Of a stretch of 64,000 nt of DNA, positions 55,060-63,103 are shown in pieces. Origin of the DNA: a virus (Duplodnaviria > Caudoviricetes); IMG/VR virus record IMGVR_UViG_3300033075_001896, positions 1-64,000 of that record; one strand, 5' to 3'. Below the pieces are notes generated by a model that was not told the DNA's origin, made no database searches, and was given only the letters and a program-made list of their open reading frames with translations. The stretch's first letter is position 1. The number at the start of each line of letters is the position of its first letter. The position numbers and the translations under genes were made by a program.

Positions 55060-56484
55060 GTGGGCGTCCTCGATCAGGTCCCGATCCTCTACCTCTCGCT
55101 CGACGGCCAGCGCGCGCCCGCCGACCTCACGCGCCGGGTGCTCGAACTCACCGTCGACGAGGGCGAGAAGAAGGGCAAGGCCCTCGCGCTGCACGTCACG
55201 CTCAAGCTCGACGACGCGGACCACACGCTCCGCGAGCGCCTGCCGCAGGGGACGGTACTCGGCGTGCGGTGGGGGTATCCCGGCACGCTCTCCGCCCCGT
55301 TCGGCGCCGTCGTCCACGAGGTCACGCCGAGCTACGACGACGCGACCGTGACGGTCGAGGCGTTCGGCCGGGAGCTTGAGCTCTCGCGCGGCGCGATCCG
55401 CCACGTCTTCGAGGGCCGCACCTTCCGCGAGGCCGCCGAGGAGATCGCGCGCCACGCGGGGCTCACGGTGCGCTTCGAGGCGGAGGACACGATCCGCTTC
55501 GACGGGCAGGTGATCGACCACGAGACGGCCTGGAGCTGGATCACGCGCCGCTCCGCCGAACTCGGGCTCTCGGTCGAGATGGAGGGCGACACGATCGTGG
55601 TGCGGGAGCCGCCCGTGGGCGACCCCCCCGCGCTCGTGCTCCTCCACGGGTGGCGGAACGGCAACGTGCTCAACTTCGAGGTCAAGGAGGACACGAAGAA
55701 GGGGCGCACCGAGGACGAGGGGGTCGTGGCGCTCTTTCACGACCCGGCCTCGGGCCAGGTCCTCGCGCACGCGGCGGGCGACCCGAACACGACCCGGCAG
55801 ACGCTCGCCGCGCGACGACTCGCCGCCGAGCGCCGCCGCGCGCAGGCCGCCGAGGGGGCGGGGCTTTCGGCCTTCCTCGCGGCGCACCCCGACCTCCAGA
55901 CCGCCACGCCCGAGGCGCAGGCCGAAGCGTGGCAGGCGTCGCGGGCGGCGGCCCGACGTTCGAACGCCGCGCCGACCGAGGACGACGCGGCGTTCTTCGT
56001 GGTGAGCACCGAGAGCGGGGAGGTGCTCTCCGAGGGCGGGCGCGCCCCGGTGACCTCACCGCCGAACGGAGCCCCCGAGGCCGGACGCGTCGTCACGCCG
56101 CCCGCGACGGGCTCGACCGCCGCCGCGCGCCAGCACGTCGCGCGGGTGGCGTCGGCGACCTTCAAGCACCACGAGGCGCGGAAGGTCGAGGCCACCGCGA
56201 AGGCCCTCGGGCTCCCGCGCGCGCGCCGCGGGGTCCTCGTCAAGGTCCTCGGGGTCGAGGCCCGCGACGCGGGGCTCTGGCGGGCGAAGGGGTGCCGCCA
56301 CACGATCGACGCGAGCGGCTACGAGACCGAGCTCACGCTCACGCGCGACGGCGTGAACGCGGGGCGGCGCAACCCGCGGCGCACCGGGGCCGCGCAGCCG
56401 ACGCCCACCACGGGTCAGCCGGGGCGCGCCGCGGGGTCGCCGCAGACGACCGAGGCGCCCGATGTGGTGAACTTGGAGGAGTAG
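55060..56484 (+). CDS. Baseplate hub / late control D-like protein (inverted relative to other tail genes)
   Basis: VRWGYPG, ETAWSWITRRSAELG, GLP..RRG..V.VLG...GLWRAKGCRHTIDASGYETEL. Confidence 0.8.
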   Translation: MGVLDQVPILYLSLDGQRAPADLTRRVLELTVDEGEKKGKALALHVTLKLDDADHTLRERLPQGTVLGVRWGYPGTLSAPFGAVVHEVTPSYDDATVTVEAFGRELELSRGAIRHVFEGRTFREAAEEIARHAGLTVRFEAEDTIRFDGQVIDHETAWSWITRRSAELGLSVEMEGDTIVVREPPVGDPPALVLLHGWRNGNVLNFEVKEDTKKGRTEDEGVVALFHDPASGQVLAHAAGDPNTTRQTLAARRLAAERRRAQAAEGAGLSAFLAAHPDLQTATPEAQAEAWQASRAAARRSNAAPTEDDAAFFVVSTESGEVLSEGGRAPVTSPPNGAPEAGRVVTPPATGSTAAARQHVARVASATFKHHEARKVEATAKALGLPRARRGVLVKVLGVEARDAGLWRAKGCRHTIDASGYETELTLTRDGVNAGRRNPRRTGAAQPTPTTGQPGRAAGSPQTTEAPDVVNLEE

Positions 56485-56485
56485 C

Positions 56486-56701
56486 TCAGAAGGGCCAGCA
56501 CCGTCGGCACAGGCAGAGCGACGTGCGCACGCGCCGCGGCAGGAGCCCCCGGCGCCAGTGCGCGTGCGGGTGCTCGAACCACGTCGGCCCGCCCGGGTGG
56601 CGTCGCGGCGGGGAGGCGACGGCGCCGAAGTGCACCGGGGCGCTCGGGATCGCGGCCGTCGCGCCGAAGGCCAGGAGCAGGAGTCCGAGCGGGTACCTCA
56701 C
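56486..56701 (-). CDS. Small hypothetical protein
   Basis: Hydrophobic N-terminus; GTGA coupling. Confidence 0.4.
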   Translation of the reverse strand: MRYPLGLLLLAFGATAAIPSAPVHFGAVASPPRRHPGGPTWFEHPHAHWRRGLLPRRVRTSLCLCRRCWPF

Positions 56702-57273
56702 CGGAGGTTCGCGCGGTCGAGCTGGAGGTACGCGACGACCTTCGCCATCGACTCCATGAGGGGCGCGTCGGTCGAGACCTCGACCGAGCGGACGCGCGTG
56801 TCGGCGAGCGCCCGATAACGCTCGCGCATCGCGTCGCGCCGGGGGTCTTCGTCGAGCGCGGCGAGCGCCGAGGCGACGCGCGGGCGGTCGCGGAGGCGCG
56901 CGTTGAGCACCGCATCGGGCGCGGTGAGGAGGACGAGTACCGGTTCGATCCCCATCTCGGCGAGCGTGATCTCCTCGGCGCGCGCGAGCTCGGCGGCCCA
57001 CCGCGCGCCCGTCACCGCGTAGCTCGTCCAGTGCGAACGGTCGAGGAGGTGCACGCCCGGGAGGTCGCGGACGAGGCAGTGGATGCGCGCGCGCTCGTAC
57101 GCGTACCAGTACGCGCGGCGCACGTCGTCGGCGAGGTCCTTGGGGTCGTAGGGCGTCGCGTGGACGTGCCGATGCACGTGCGCGCCCTTGCCCGTGAGTT
57201 CGCCCGCGACGGCGGAGAGGATCGTGCCCTTCCCCACCGCGTCGGGGCCGTCGATCATGTAGAGCTGCTTCAT
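56698..57273 (-). CDS. Thymidylate/dNMP kinase-like P-loop protein
   Basis: IDGPDAVGKGT, LLDRSHWTSYA, VLLTAP. Confidence 0.8.
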   Translation of the reverse strand: MKQLYMIDGPDAVGKGTILSAVAGELTGKGAHVHRHVHATPYDPKDLADDVRRAYWYAYERARIHCLVRDLPGVHLLDRSHWTSYAVTGARWAAELARAEEITLAEMGIEPVLVLLTAPDAVLNARLRDRPRVASALAALDEDPRRDAMRERYRALADTRVRSVEVSTDAPLMESMAKVVAYLQLDRANLR

Positions 57274-57887
57274 CGGTCATACCCCCGCGATGGCATGTCG
57301 TTTGGGTCGTAATCGAACACGGGCCAGGCCCGCGCCGCCGACCTTTCGCCGTCGAGCCCCGACACGAACCAGGACCACCCTTCGCCCTTCACGAGGAGCA
57401 CGCGCTGCTTCGGACGATCGATCACACCGACCTGGACGCTTTGACCGAAGCCGAAGAACGGGACGGCCCACACGAACCGCCACGGATCGAACGGCAGGCC
57501 GCAGACCGAGACGGGTGGCGGGGTGTGGTAGCGCGTCCAGGCGCAGGGCCGCGGAGGCTCGATCGGGCACCCGTCGTTCCCGCAGTGCGGGCACGGCTCC
57601 GTGGGCTCCTTGGGGACGCAGCCGTCCAGCCACGCGCCCATCGCCTTCGCATCGAAGCGAAACAACTTGATGAGCGCCTGGCACTCGCGGACGAACATCG
57701 CGTTCGCGTACGTGACCATTGGAAGCGTCGAGGGCACCTCGGGCGCGTGCTCGACAAGGAGCACCTCGTAGCGTGAGATCAGGGCGATCGAGTCATCGAC
57801 GGTGCCGATCTCGATCACGTCCCCGCCGTCCTCTGCGTCGGCGACGGCGAGCATGAAGGCTTCCGAGAGATTCATGGCCGCGCTCAA
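57270..57887 (-). CDS. Hypothetical protein
   Basis: Coupled ORF; CPHC. Confidence 0.5.
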   Translation of the reverse strand: MSAAMNLSEAFMLAVADAEDGGDVIEIGTVDDSIALISRYEVLLVEHAPEVPSTLPMVTYANAMFVRECQALIKLFRFDAKAMGAWLDGCVPKEPTEPCPHCGNDGCPIEPPRPCAWTRYHTPPPVSVCGLPFDPWRFVWAVPFFGFGQSVQVGVIDRPKQRVLLVKGEGWSWFVSGLDGERSAARAWPVFDYDPNDMPSRGYDR

Positions 57888-58357
57888 AGCAGAAACCGTG
57901 CACGCGCGCAGTCCGCGTCGGTGAGTCCGACCGCGAGGTCCGTCCGCACGAACCGTTCACCCGGCACCCCCACGAGCGGAAGGTCGTCGATCACACACCA
58001 GCGCTCGACCTCGGGGTGCGCGTCGAGCCACGCCCGAATCTCGAACCAACGCCCTTTCTCGGTGCGGCGGTCATCGTCCAGCGACACGGGGTTGTCGTCG
58101 GGGGTTGCGCCCACGATGGGCGCGGTGAGGCCCGCGGCGCGCAGCACGTCCTCGGTGTGTGCGAGATACGTCCGCCACGAGGAGCTGATCACCAGCGACG
58201 CCCCCATCTCCGCGCAGAGCCGGTTGAGTCGGTCGATGCACGCGGGGTCAAGCCAGTCCACAGGCTTCGTCGTGCCGAGACGTGGCTTGAGCAGTTCGTA
58301 CCACCCCGCGTGGTTGAGCACGCCGTCGATGTCGAGGAAGATCACGACGGGCATCAC
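57884..58357 (-). CDS. HAD-family phosphatase (Swiss-Army-knife RNA-repair type)
   Basis: IFLDIDGVLN, VISSSWR, VIDD, GLT. Confidence 0.88.
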   Translation of the reverse strand: MMPVVIFLDIDGVLNHAGWYELLKPRLGTTKPVDWLDPACIDRLNRLCAEMGASLVISSSWRTYLAHTEDVLRAAGLTAPIVGATPDDNPVSLDDDRRTEKGRWFEIRAWLDAHPEVERWCVIDDLPLVGVPGERFVRTDLAVGLTDADCARARFLL

Positions 58358-59169
58358 GCGTCCTCACTCTCGTCGGTCGCGTCCTCGGTCTCCTCGCACC
58401 ACCGACAGACGAGCTTCTTGAAGCCCGTGTATTCGGCCGTCGCCTGGCAGGTGAGGCAGGCGCCCGTCTTGTCGCGGTAGCGCGCGGCCACCTGCGCGCG
58501 TCGGTCTTCCTGCGACATGAAGGGCGGTGCCTCGTCCGCGCGCCGCAGGGCCTCGTCGCTGTAGCGGCGCATCCCGCGGTCGAGGAACATCACCGTGAGG
58601 AACACCCACGCGCCCATCGCGAATCCCGTGACGTACGCGCCCATGCGTTCGGTTCCCACGGCATCGGCCACAGCGATGAAGCCTGCGCACGCCGAACCGA
58701 AGAGGACGAGTTCGTGCTTGAGCGCGCGCCACATCGAGGGCCGCGCAGTGGCGAGGAGGGCGCTTTCTTCGGCGGTGAGACCGCCCTCCGCGACCTCATC
58801 CAGCACCCGCACTGTGCTCGGCGTGAAGAAGTCGCCCACGTCGAGCTTCTTCTTGTCCTCGGGCGTGAGCGCGTGCGTCCACGTCTCGATCGCCGCGCCG
58901 GGCTTGCTCGTGCAGACGAAGCCCTCCCCGGGCGACTCGTCCGCGCGCTGCGCGCGGCCCGCGTCGGTGATCGTGTAGCGGCGGAGCGGGAGGTCGCGCC
59001 CCTCGACCGGGAGGGCCTCGGACGTGACGAGGCCGCGGTCTTCGAGCGCCTGAAGGTGCACGTAGACGGTGCCGCGCTGGAGCGCCCCGTCGGCGCGTTC
59101 GACGAGCTCACGGCCGGTCTTCGGCCCGGTCGCGAGGAGGTGCAGGATGGTGCGGTGAGCGTCGTTCAT
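58354..59169 (-). CDS. PadR-like winged-HTH fused to a 2-TM region
   Basis: GPKTGREL...GTVYVHLQALEDRGLVTS...RRYTITDAGR; two hydrophobic segments. Confidence 0.7.
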   Translation of the reverse strand: MNDAHRTILHLLATGPKTGRELVERADGALQRGTVYVHLQALEDRGLVTSEALPVEGRDLPLRRYTITDAGRAQRADESPGEGFVCTSKPGAAIETWTHALTPEDKKKLDVGDFFTPSTVRVLDEVAEGGLTAEESALLATARPSMWRALKHELVLFGSACAGFIAVADAVGTERMGAYVTGFAMGAWVFLTVMFLDRGMRRYSDEALRRADEAPPFMSQEDRRAQVAARYRDKTGACLTCQATAEYTGFKKLVCRWCEETEDATDESEDA

Positions 59170-59474
59170 GGCGACGGCGGGATCGCAAGGCCCACGCCAC
59201 CGGGCGTGCATCCGGCGTTGAGGCGCTCGATCGCGGCGCGCTCGTCGCGCGCGAGCGCGGGGAGGCGCTGGCAGACGAGGACGAGGACGGCCTGGGTGAG
59301 CACGCGCACCGAGGCCCGCGCGCCCGTCCCGCCCCCCGCGTAGCGGCGCACGGTCGACTCGCTCTCGCCCGCGAAGGCCGCGACCTCCGCGAGGTCGAGC
59401 TCGGCCAGGAGCGCCACGAGGAGCCGTTGCGCGTCGGCGGTGAGGGCCTGGGAGGGCTTGGGGCGGCGGGCCAT
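59166..59474 (-). CDS. Small HTH-like protein
   Basis: LAEVAAFAGESESTVRRYAGG. Confidence 0.55.
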   Translation of the reverse strand: MARRPKPSQALTADAQRLLVALLAELDLAEVAAFAGESESTVRRYAGGGTGARASVRVLTQAVLVLVCQRLPALARDERAAIERLNAGCTPGGVGLAIPPSP

Positions 59475-59514
59475 CACCCGTCGCGGGCGCGTCAACGCGG
59501 CGCGCGGTTGGCGC

Positions 59515-60225
59515 TCAATCCCCGTCGAGCATCGCGGCGTCGATCGCCAACGACTCGAAGAACTCCGCGATCACCCCGAGGAGTTCGGCCTGCGTGTCGC
59601 ACACCGCGTACTCCCCCTCGTGGAAGTCCTCCCAGGTGTAGAGGTCCCCTTCGGTGCCGTCGGTGTAGCGCACGCGGAGGTGGTAGGCCGTGAAGCGGTG
59701 CTCGGGCGCGAGGCCGGGGGGATCGGGGAGGAGCTCGGTCACGAGGATTCGCTCGATCGCGGCGAGCCGCGTCCAGCCGACGCGCGGCGTCCCCGCGTCG
59801 GAGCCCCACACCGCATCGAGGAGCGCCACCGCGTCGGCCGCGAGGGCGGTCGGGGGCTTCGCGCGCGTCGAGGCGTCGAGGCCCATCGCGGCCGTCATCG
59901 CACCGTCCGACCAGTACGCCCACCGCGCGGTCGCGTGCACGAGGTCGGCGGCGACGGTGCGCGTCGCGACGGTCGAGCGCAACACCACGTCGTGCCCCTT
60001 GGCCCGCGCGCGTTCGCCGTCGAGCCGGATTCGTTCGGCGACTTCGAGGTCGCGGGCGCGCGTGGGCGCGTCCGAGGCCGCGACGAGCGCGTCTTGTGCC
60101 GCGCCGAAGGTCCTCCACAACGAATCGAGCTGGACGAGCGCGTTCGGGGAGAGAGCCCACGGGAACGCCGCGCGGAGGTCGTCCTCGGTCATGGCCTCGG
60201 TCTGGAGTCGGATCTCGTGCCTCAT
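59515..60225 (-). CDS. Hypothetical protein
   Basis: AAGGAG RBS; ATGA coupling. Confidence 0.55.
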   Translation of the reverse strand: MRHEIRLQTEAMTEDDLRAAFPWALSPNALVQLDSLWRTFGAAQDALVAASDAPTRARDLEVAERIRLDGERARAKGHDVVLRSTVATRTVAADLVHATARWAYWSDGAMTAAMGLDASTRAKPPTALAADAVALLDAVWGSDAGTPRVGWTRLAAIERILVTELLPDPPGLAPEHRFTAYHLRVRYTDGTEGDLYTWEDFHEGEYAVCDTQAELLGVIAEFFESLAIDAAMLDGD

Positions 60226-60563
60226 CGTCGCTTCTCCTTCGTGCGCCTCTCCTTCACCGTCCGTGCCGCCGCGGTGGGGCGGCCCCGCGGCGGGATCGGG
60301 CACGCGGCCGAGACCTCGGGCACCTCGCGTTGCATGCGCCGCCACACGCTCGGCGCGATCCCCACCCGGCCCGCGGCGTCCCGCACCCGGTCGCGCGCGA
60401 GGGCGGCGGCCGTCCAGGCGGGCGCGAGCGCCGCGGCGAGGTGCTTCGCGGCCCGGTCGCGCGCCTCGCGCAAGGGGCCGCGCACGTCCTCGGGGTAGCC
60501 GTCGGGCACGAGGTCCATCAGCGCGATCAGGCGGTGTACGGGGTCGTTTCGGTCGGTCGTCAT
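60222..60563 (-). CDS. Small HTH-like protein
   Basis: VRDAAGRVGIAPSVWRR. Confidence 0.5.
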   Translation of the reverse strand: MTTDRNDPVHRLIALMDLVPDGYPEDVRGPLREARDRAAKHLAAALAPAWTAAALARDRVRDAAGRVGIAPSVWRRMQREVPEVSAACPIPPRGRPTAAARTVKERRTKEKRR

Positions 60564-60605
60564 GGGCGGATCGTACGCGCCGAAACCGTGACAGGATACG
60601 ACCAA

Positions 60606-60636
60606 AAAAGCAACGTTTGAGCGTTGCTTTTGTCGC
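60606..60636. promoter_or_regulatory. Inverted repeat/operator in an AT-rich divergent intergenic region
   Basis: AAAAGCAACG-N6-CGTTGCTTTT (60606-60631); overlaps GTTGCTTTTGTCGC, similar to the immunity operators. Confidence 0.6.
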
Positions 60637-60672
60637 GCTCGCACGTACCTATCTACAGAAGCGAGGGCGAGG

Positions 60673-60987
60673 ATGCGCATCGTGCTCGAAGTGACGGTGG
60701 CGACGGGCGGTCTCACGGCGGACGACTTCATGGCGCGCGCGCTCGCGGGGCTCCGCTCGGTGAACGACCAGGGCGAGGAGCTCCTCACGGCGATGGAGGC
60801 GGCGGTCTCCCCCGCGCCCGTGACCTACGGCGCCCTCACCGCGGCGCGCACGCGCATCCCCCGCGCGGCGCTCCTCGCGTCGCTCGAAGCCCACGGCTGG
60901 CGCATCGCGGCCGTCGCGCGGGAGTTCGGCGTGTCGCGCGCGACCGTCCGCGACCGCATGGCGGACTACGGCATCACCCGGGCGTAA
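60673..60987 (+). CDS. Fis-type HTH protein
   Basis: SLEAHGWRIAAVAREFGVSRATVRDRMADYGI. Confidence 0.8.
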   Translation: MRIVLEVTVATGGLTADDFMARALAGLRSVNDQGEELLTAMEAAVSPAPVTYGALTAARTRIPRAALLASLEAHGWRIAAVAREFGVSRATVRDRMADYGITRA

Positions 60988-61014
60988 CGCCCACGAAGGA
61001 AAGGACGAACGACC

Positions 61015-61362
61015 ATGGAAGCTCTCTTCACGGCAGACGACCTCATCCACGCCTACACCCGCGCGCAGGCCCTCGAAGACGGCGTGCTGGTGGACGTGAC
61101 GGCCGCGGCGGACGCCGTGGGCGTGCGCGTCCACACCGCGATGACCGCGGGCCTCTTCGCGGACGTGGGTGGCGAGGACGGGGCGCGTCTCCTGCGCGCG
61201 TTCGGCGACGTGCGCGCGGCGCTCCTCGCGGCGCCCGCGGACGAAGACCGCGTGTACTTCACGCTGCGCGGCGTCGGGGGCGACGTCGACGCGTGGGCGC
61301 ACATCGGCCCCGGCGACGACGGCGAGCCCGTGCTCACGCTCATGCGCCAGGGCGAGGACTGA
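61015..61362 (+). CDS. DUF6573-like phage protein
   Basis: IHAYTRAQALEDGVLVDVT...IGPGDDGEPVLTLM. Confidence 0.75.
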   Translation: MEALFTADDLIHAYTRAQALEDGVLVDVTAAADAVGVRVHTAMTAGLFADVGGEDGARLLRAFGDVRAALLAAPADEDRVYFTLRGVGGDVDAWAHIGPGDDGEPVLTLMRQGED

Positions 61363-61368
61363 TCCACG

Positions 61369-61404
61369 GGCGAGGGGCGGGGCCTTCGGGCTCCGCCCCT
61401 CGCC
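61369..61404 (+). terminator. 16-bp GC stem with cUUCGg loop (no U-tract)
   Basis: GGCGAGGGGCGGGGCC-TTCG-GGCTCCGCCCCTCGCC immediately before an AGGAGG RBS. Confidence 0.5.
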
Positions 61405-61418
61405 AGGAGGATGCGAAG

Positions 61419-61751
61419 ATGAACATGAACCCGGAGCGTCTGCGTCTCCCGATCGTGTGCGACGGCTGCGGCGGTCTCGGCGAGATTCGCGCGCGGCGCG
61501 CGTCGCCCGAGGCCACCTGCGACCTCGAAGAGTGCCCCGACTGCCGCGGCAACGGCACGCGGTACGTCACGCTCGACCCGGGCGACCCGTGGGCGATCCT
61601 GCGCGCCCTGCGGGCCTTCCCGCCCGTCGATGCGACCGCCGACGAAGGCGCGAGCCTCGACGGCTGCGACGCGGTCGACGCCCTCGGCGCGCTGCGCGCG
61701 TTCCTCGACATCGCGCTCGCGCAGGCCCCGACCTCGGCCTTCCCGCGGTAG
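61419..61751 (+). CDS. Protein with DnaJ-type CxxCxGxG zinc finger
   Basis: CDGCGGLG...CPDCRGNG; AGGAGG RBS. Confidence 0.6.
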   Translation: MNMNPERLRLPIVCDGCGGLGEIRARRASPEATCDLEECPDCRGNGTRYVTLDPGDPWAILRALRAFPPVDATADEGASLDGCDAVDALGALRAFLDIALAQAPTSAFPR

Positions 61752-62150
61752 CCCGAGGGGGTGTACGCTCCGCGCGTGCACCCCTACCGCACCCCCGCAC
61801 CGCCACGCTGGCGCCTCACGCCCTCTCGGGCGGCCCTGATCGTCGCAGGGCTTCTGTTCTTCGCCGCACTCACGTTCCTCGTACGCGTCTCGTGGCGCGT
61901 GTGGGGCGGTGGGTGAGCTGGAAGAGTCGCCGCCCCGATTCCCCCTCCGCACCCGGCCCGATGCCGGGCACACCCCGTCGCCCGATGCAACCGCACTCGA
62001 TCGCGTACGTCCCGCAGTCGTCCGTGCTCGAACCTACGCCTGAGGTGATCCCGCCGCCGCCCGAGCCGTACGACGAGCTCGCCGACGCGGTGGCCGAGCG
62101 CGCCGCAGTCGAGCGACTCAGGCGCGGGGAGTAACGCGGCACTTGCCGCC

Positions 62151-63101
62151 CTACCACGCGAGCCCGCTCCCGAGGAAGCTCGTGAGCCGCTGCGCGTCGG
62201 CCATCACGGCCGTGAGCTCCGCCTCGCGCTGCGCGAGCACGTTCCGCAGGGTGGGCTTCTCCGCCCACGCGCGCTCCAGGTCGAGGACCGTCTCACGGAG
62301 GAGATCGACCTCCACCGCGCGCAGCGCCCCTTCGCCCACCGGCAGGGCCGCGAGCCCGAGGAGGCGGTTGCGCACGGCGTCGAGGACCCCGCCCGCGCTG
62401 TTGCCGAGCGTGAGCGCGCTGCGGATCTCGGGCACGGCGCGCTTCAGGTGCACGAACGGGAGCACGAGGAGACTCTCGTCCTGGGAGCCCGTGCCGCCCT
62501 CGGCGGTGAAGTCGAGGTCGTCGTAGACCTCGCTGTAGGACCCGAGGCGCAGGATCACCTTGCGGTGCGTGGCGTCGCCGTCACTCGCGGCGGCGACCTC
62601 GACGCTCACGCGCCCGCCCGCGATGCCGAGCTCGCGCGCTTCGATGCGCGCGACGGGCGCCCCGCCGCCGTCGAGGATCGTGTCCCAGGCCCGCGCGGGC
62701 GAAGGGTCCGTGAAGGGGTCGGGGAAGGGCACGGTGTGCTCGCCGAGGACGATGGGCCCGCGGGTCGTCTCGGCGATGCGCGGCGTGAGGGTCGTGCCGT
62801 AGCTCGACTGGTAGGCCACCTGCGCGGCTTCGAGGTAGCGGCAGAGGTTGGTGGCGCGCGTCCAGACCGGGCCCATCGCCGTCGTCCACGTGGTGAGCGC
62901 GGCGCTGTAGGTCGCGTCGTCGGCGTCGACCGTGGTGCGCAGGCGGGCGTTGTCGGCGTCGTAGGCCGCGCCCGTGGCGTTCAGGCGCGCGAGGAGCCCC
63001 TGCCCGTAGAGCTTCGCGGGCGCGTCGGCCGCGAGCGAGACGTGCGCGAGGGCCGTCCCGAGCGCGTCGCGCGTCGTCGTCCAGGTGATGACCGAGGGCA
63101 T
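62151..63101 (-). CDS. Putative virion protein downstream of the tape measure
   Basis: Coupled to the TMP-like gene; IEARELGIAGGRVSVEV...SEVYDDL resembles a sheath-type beta domain. Confidence 0.55.
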   Translation of the reverse strand: MPSVITWTTTRDALGTALAHVSLAADAPAKLYGQGLLARLNATGAAYDADNARLRTTVDADDATYSAALTTWTTAMGPVWTRATNLCRYLEAAQVAYQSSYGTTLTPRIAETTRGPIVLGEHTVPFPDPFTDPSPARAWDTILDGGGAPVARIEARELGIAGGRVSVEVAAASDGDATHRKVILRLGSYSEVYDDLDFTAEGGTGSQDESLLVLPFVHLKRAVPEIRSALTLGNSAGGVLDAVRNRLLGLAALPVGEGALRAVEVDLLRETVLDLERAWAEKPTLRNVLAQREAELTAVMADAQRLTSFLGSGLAW

Positions 63102-63103
63102 CG

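Noticed and set aside
44845-56484. Extracellular contractile injection system or T6SS locus
   Set aside because: Embedded with integrase, replication and immunity genes; no AAA+ ATPase or membrane complex seen; phage tail is the simpler reading
61755-62134. Possible ncRNA or small ORF (61985-62134)
   Set aside because: No recognisable structure, RBS or motif; cannot be supported
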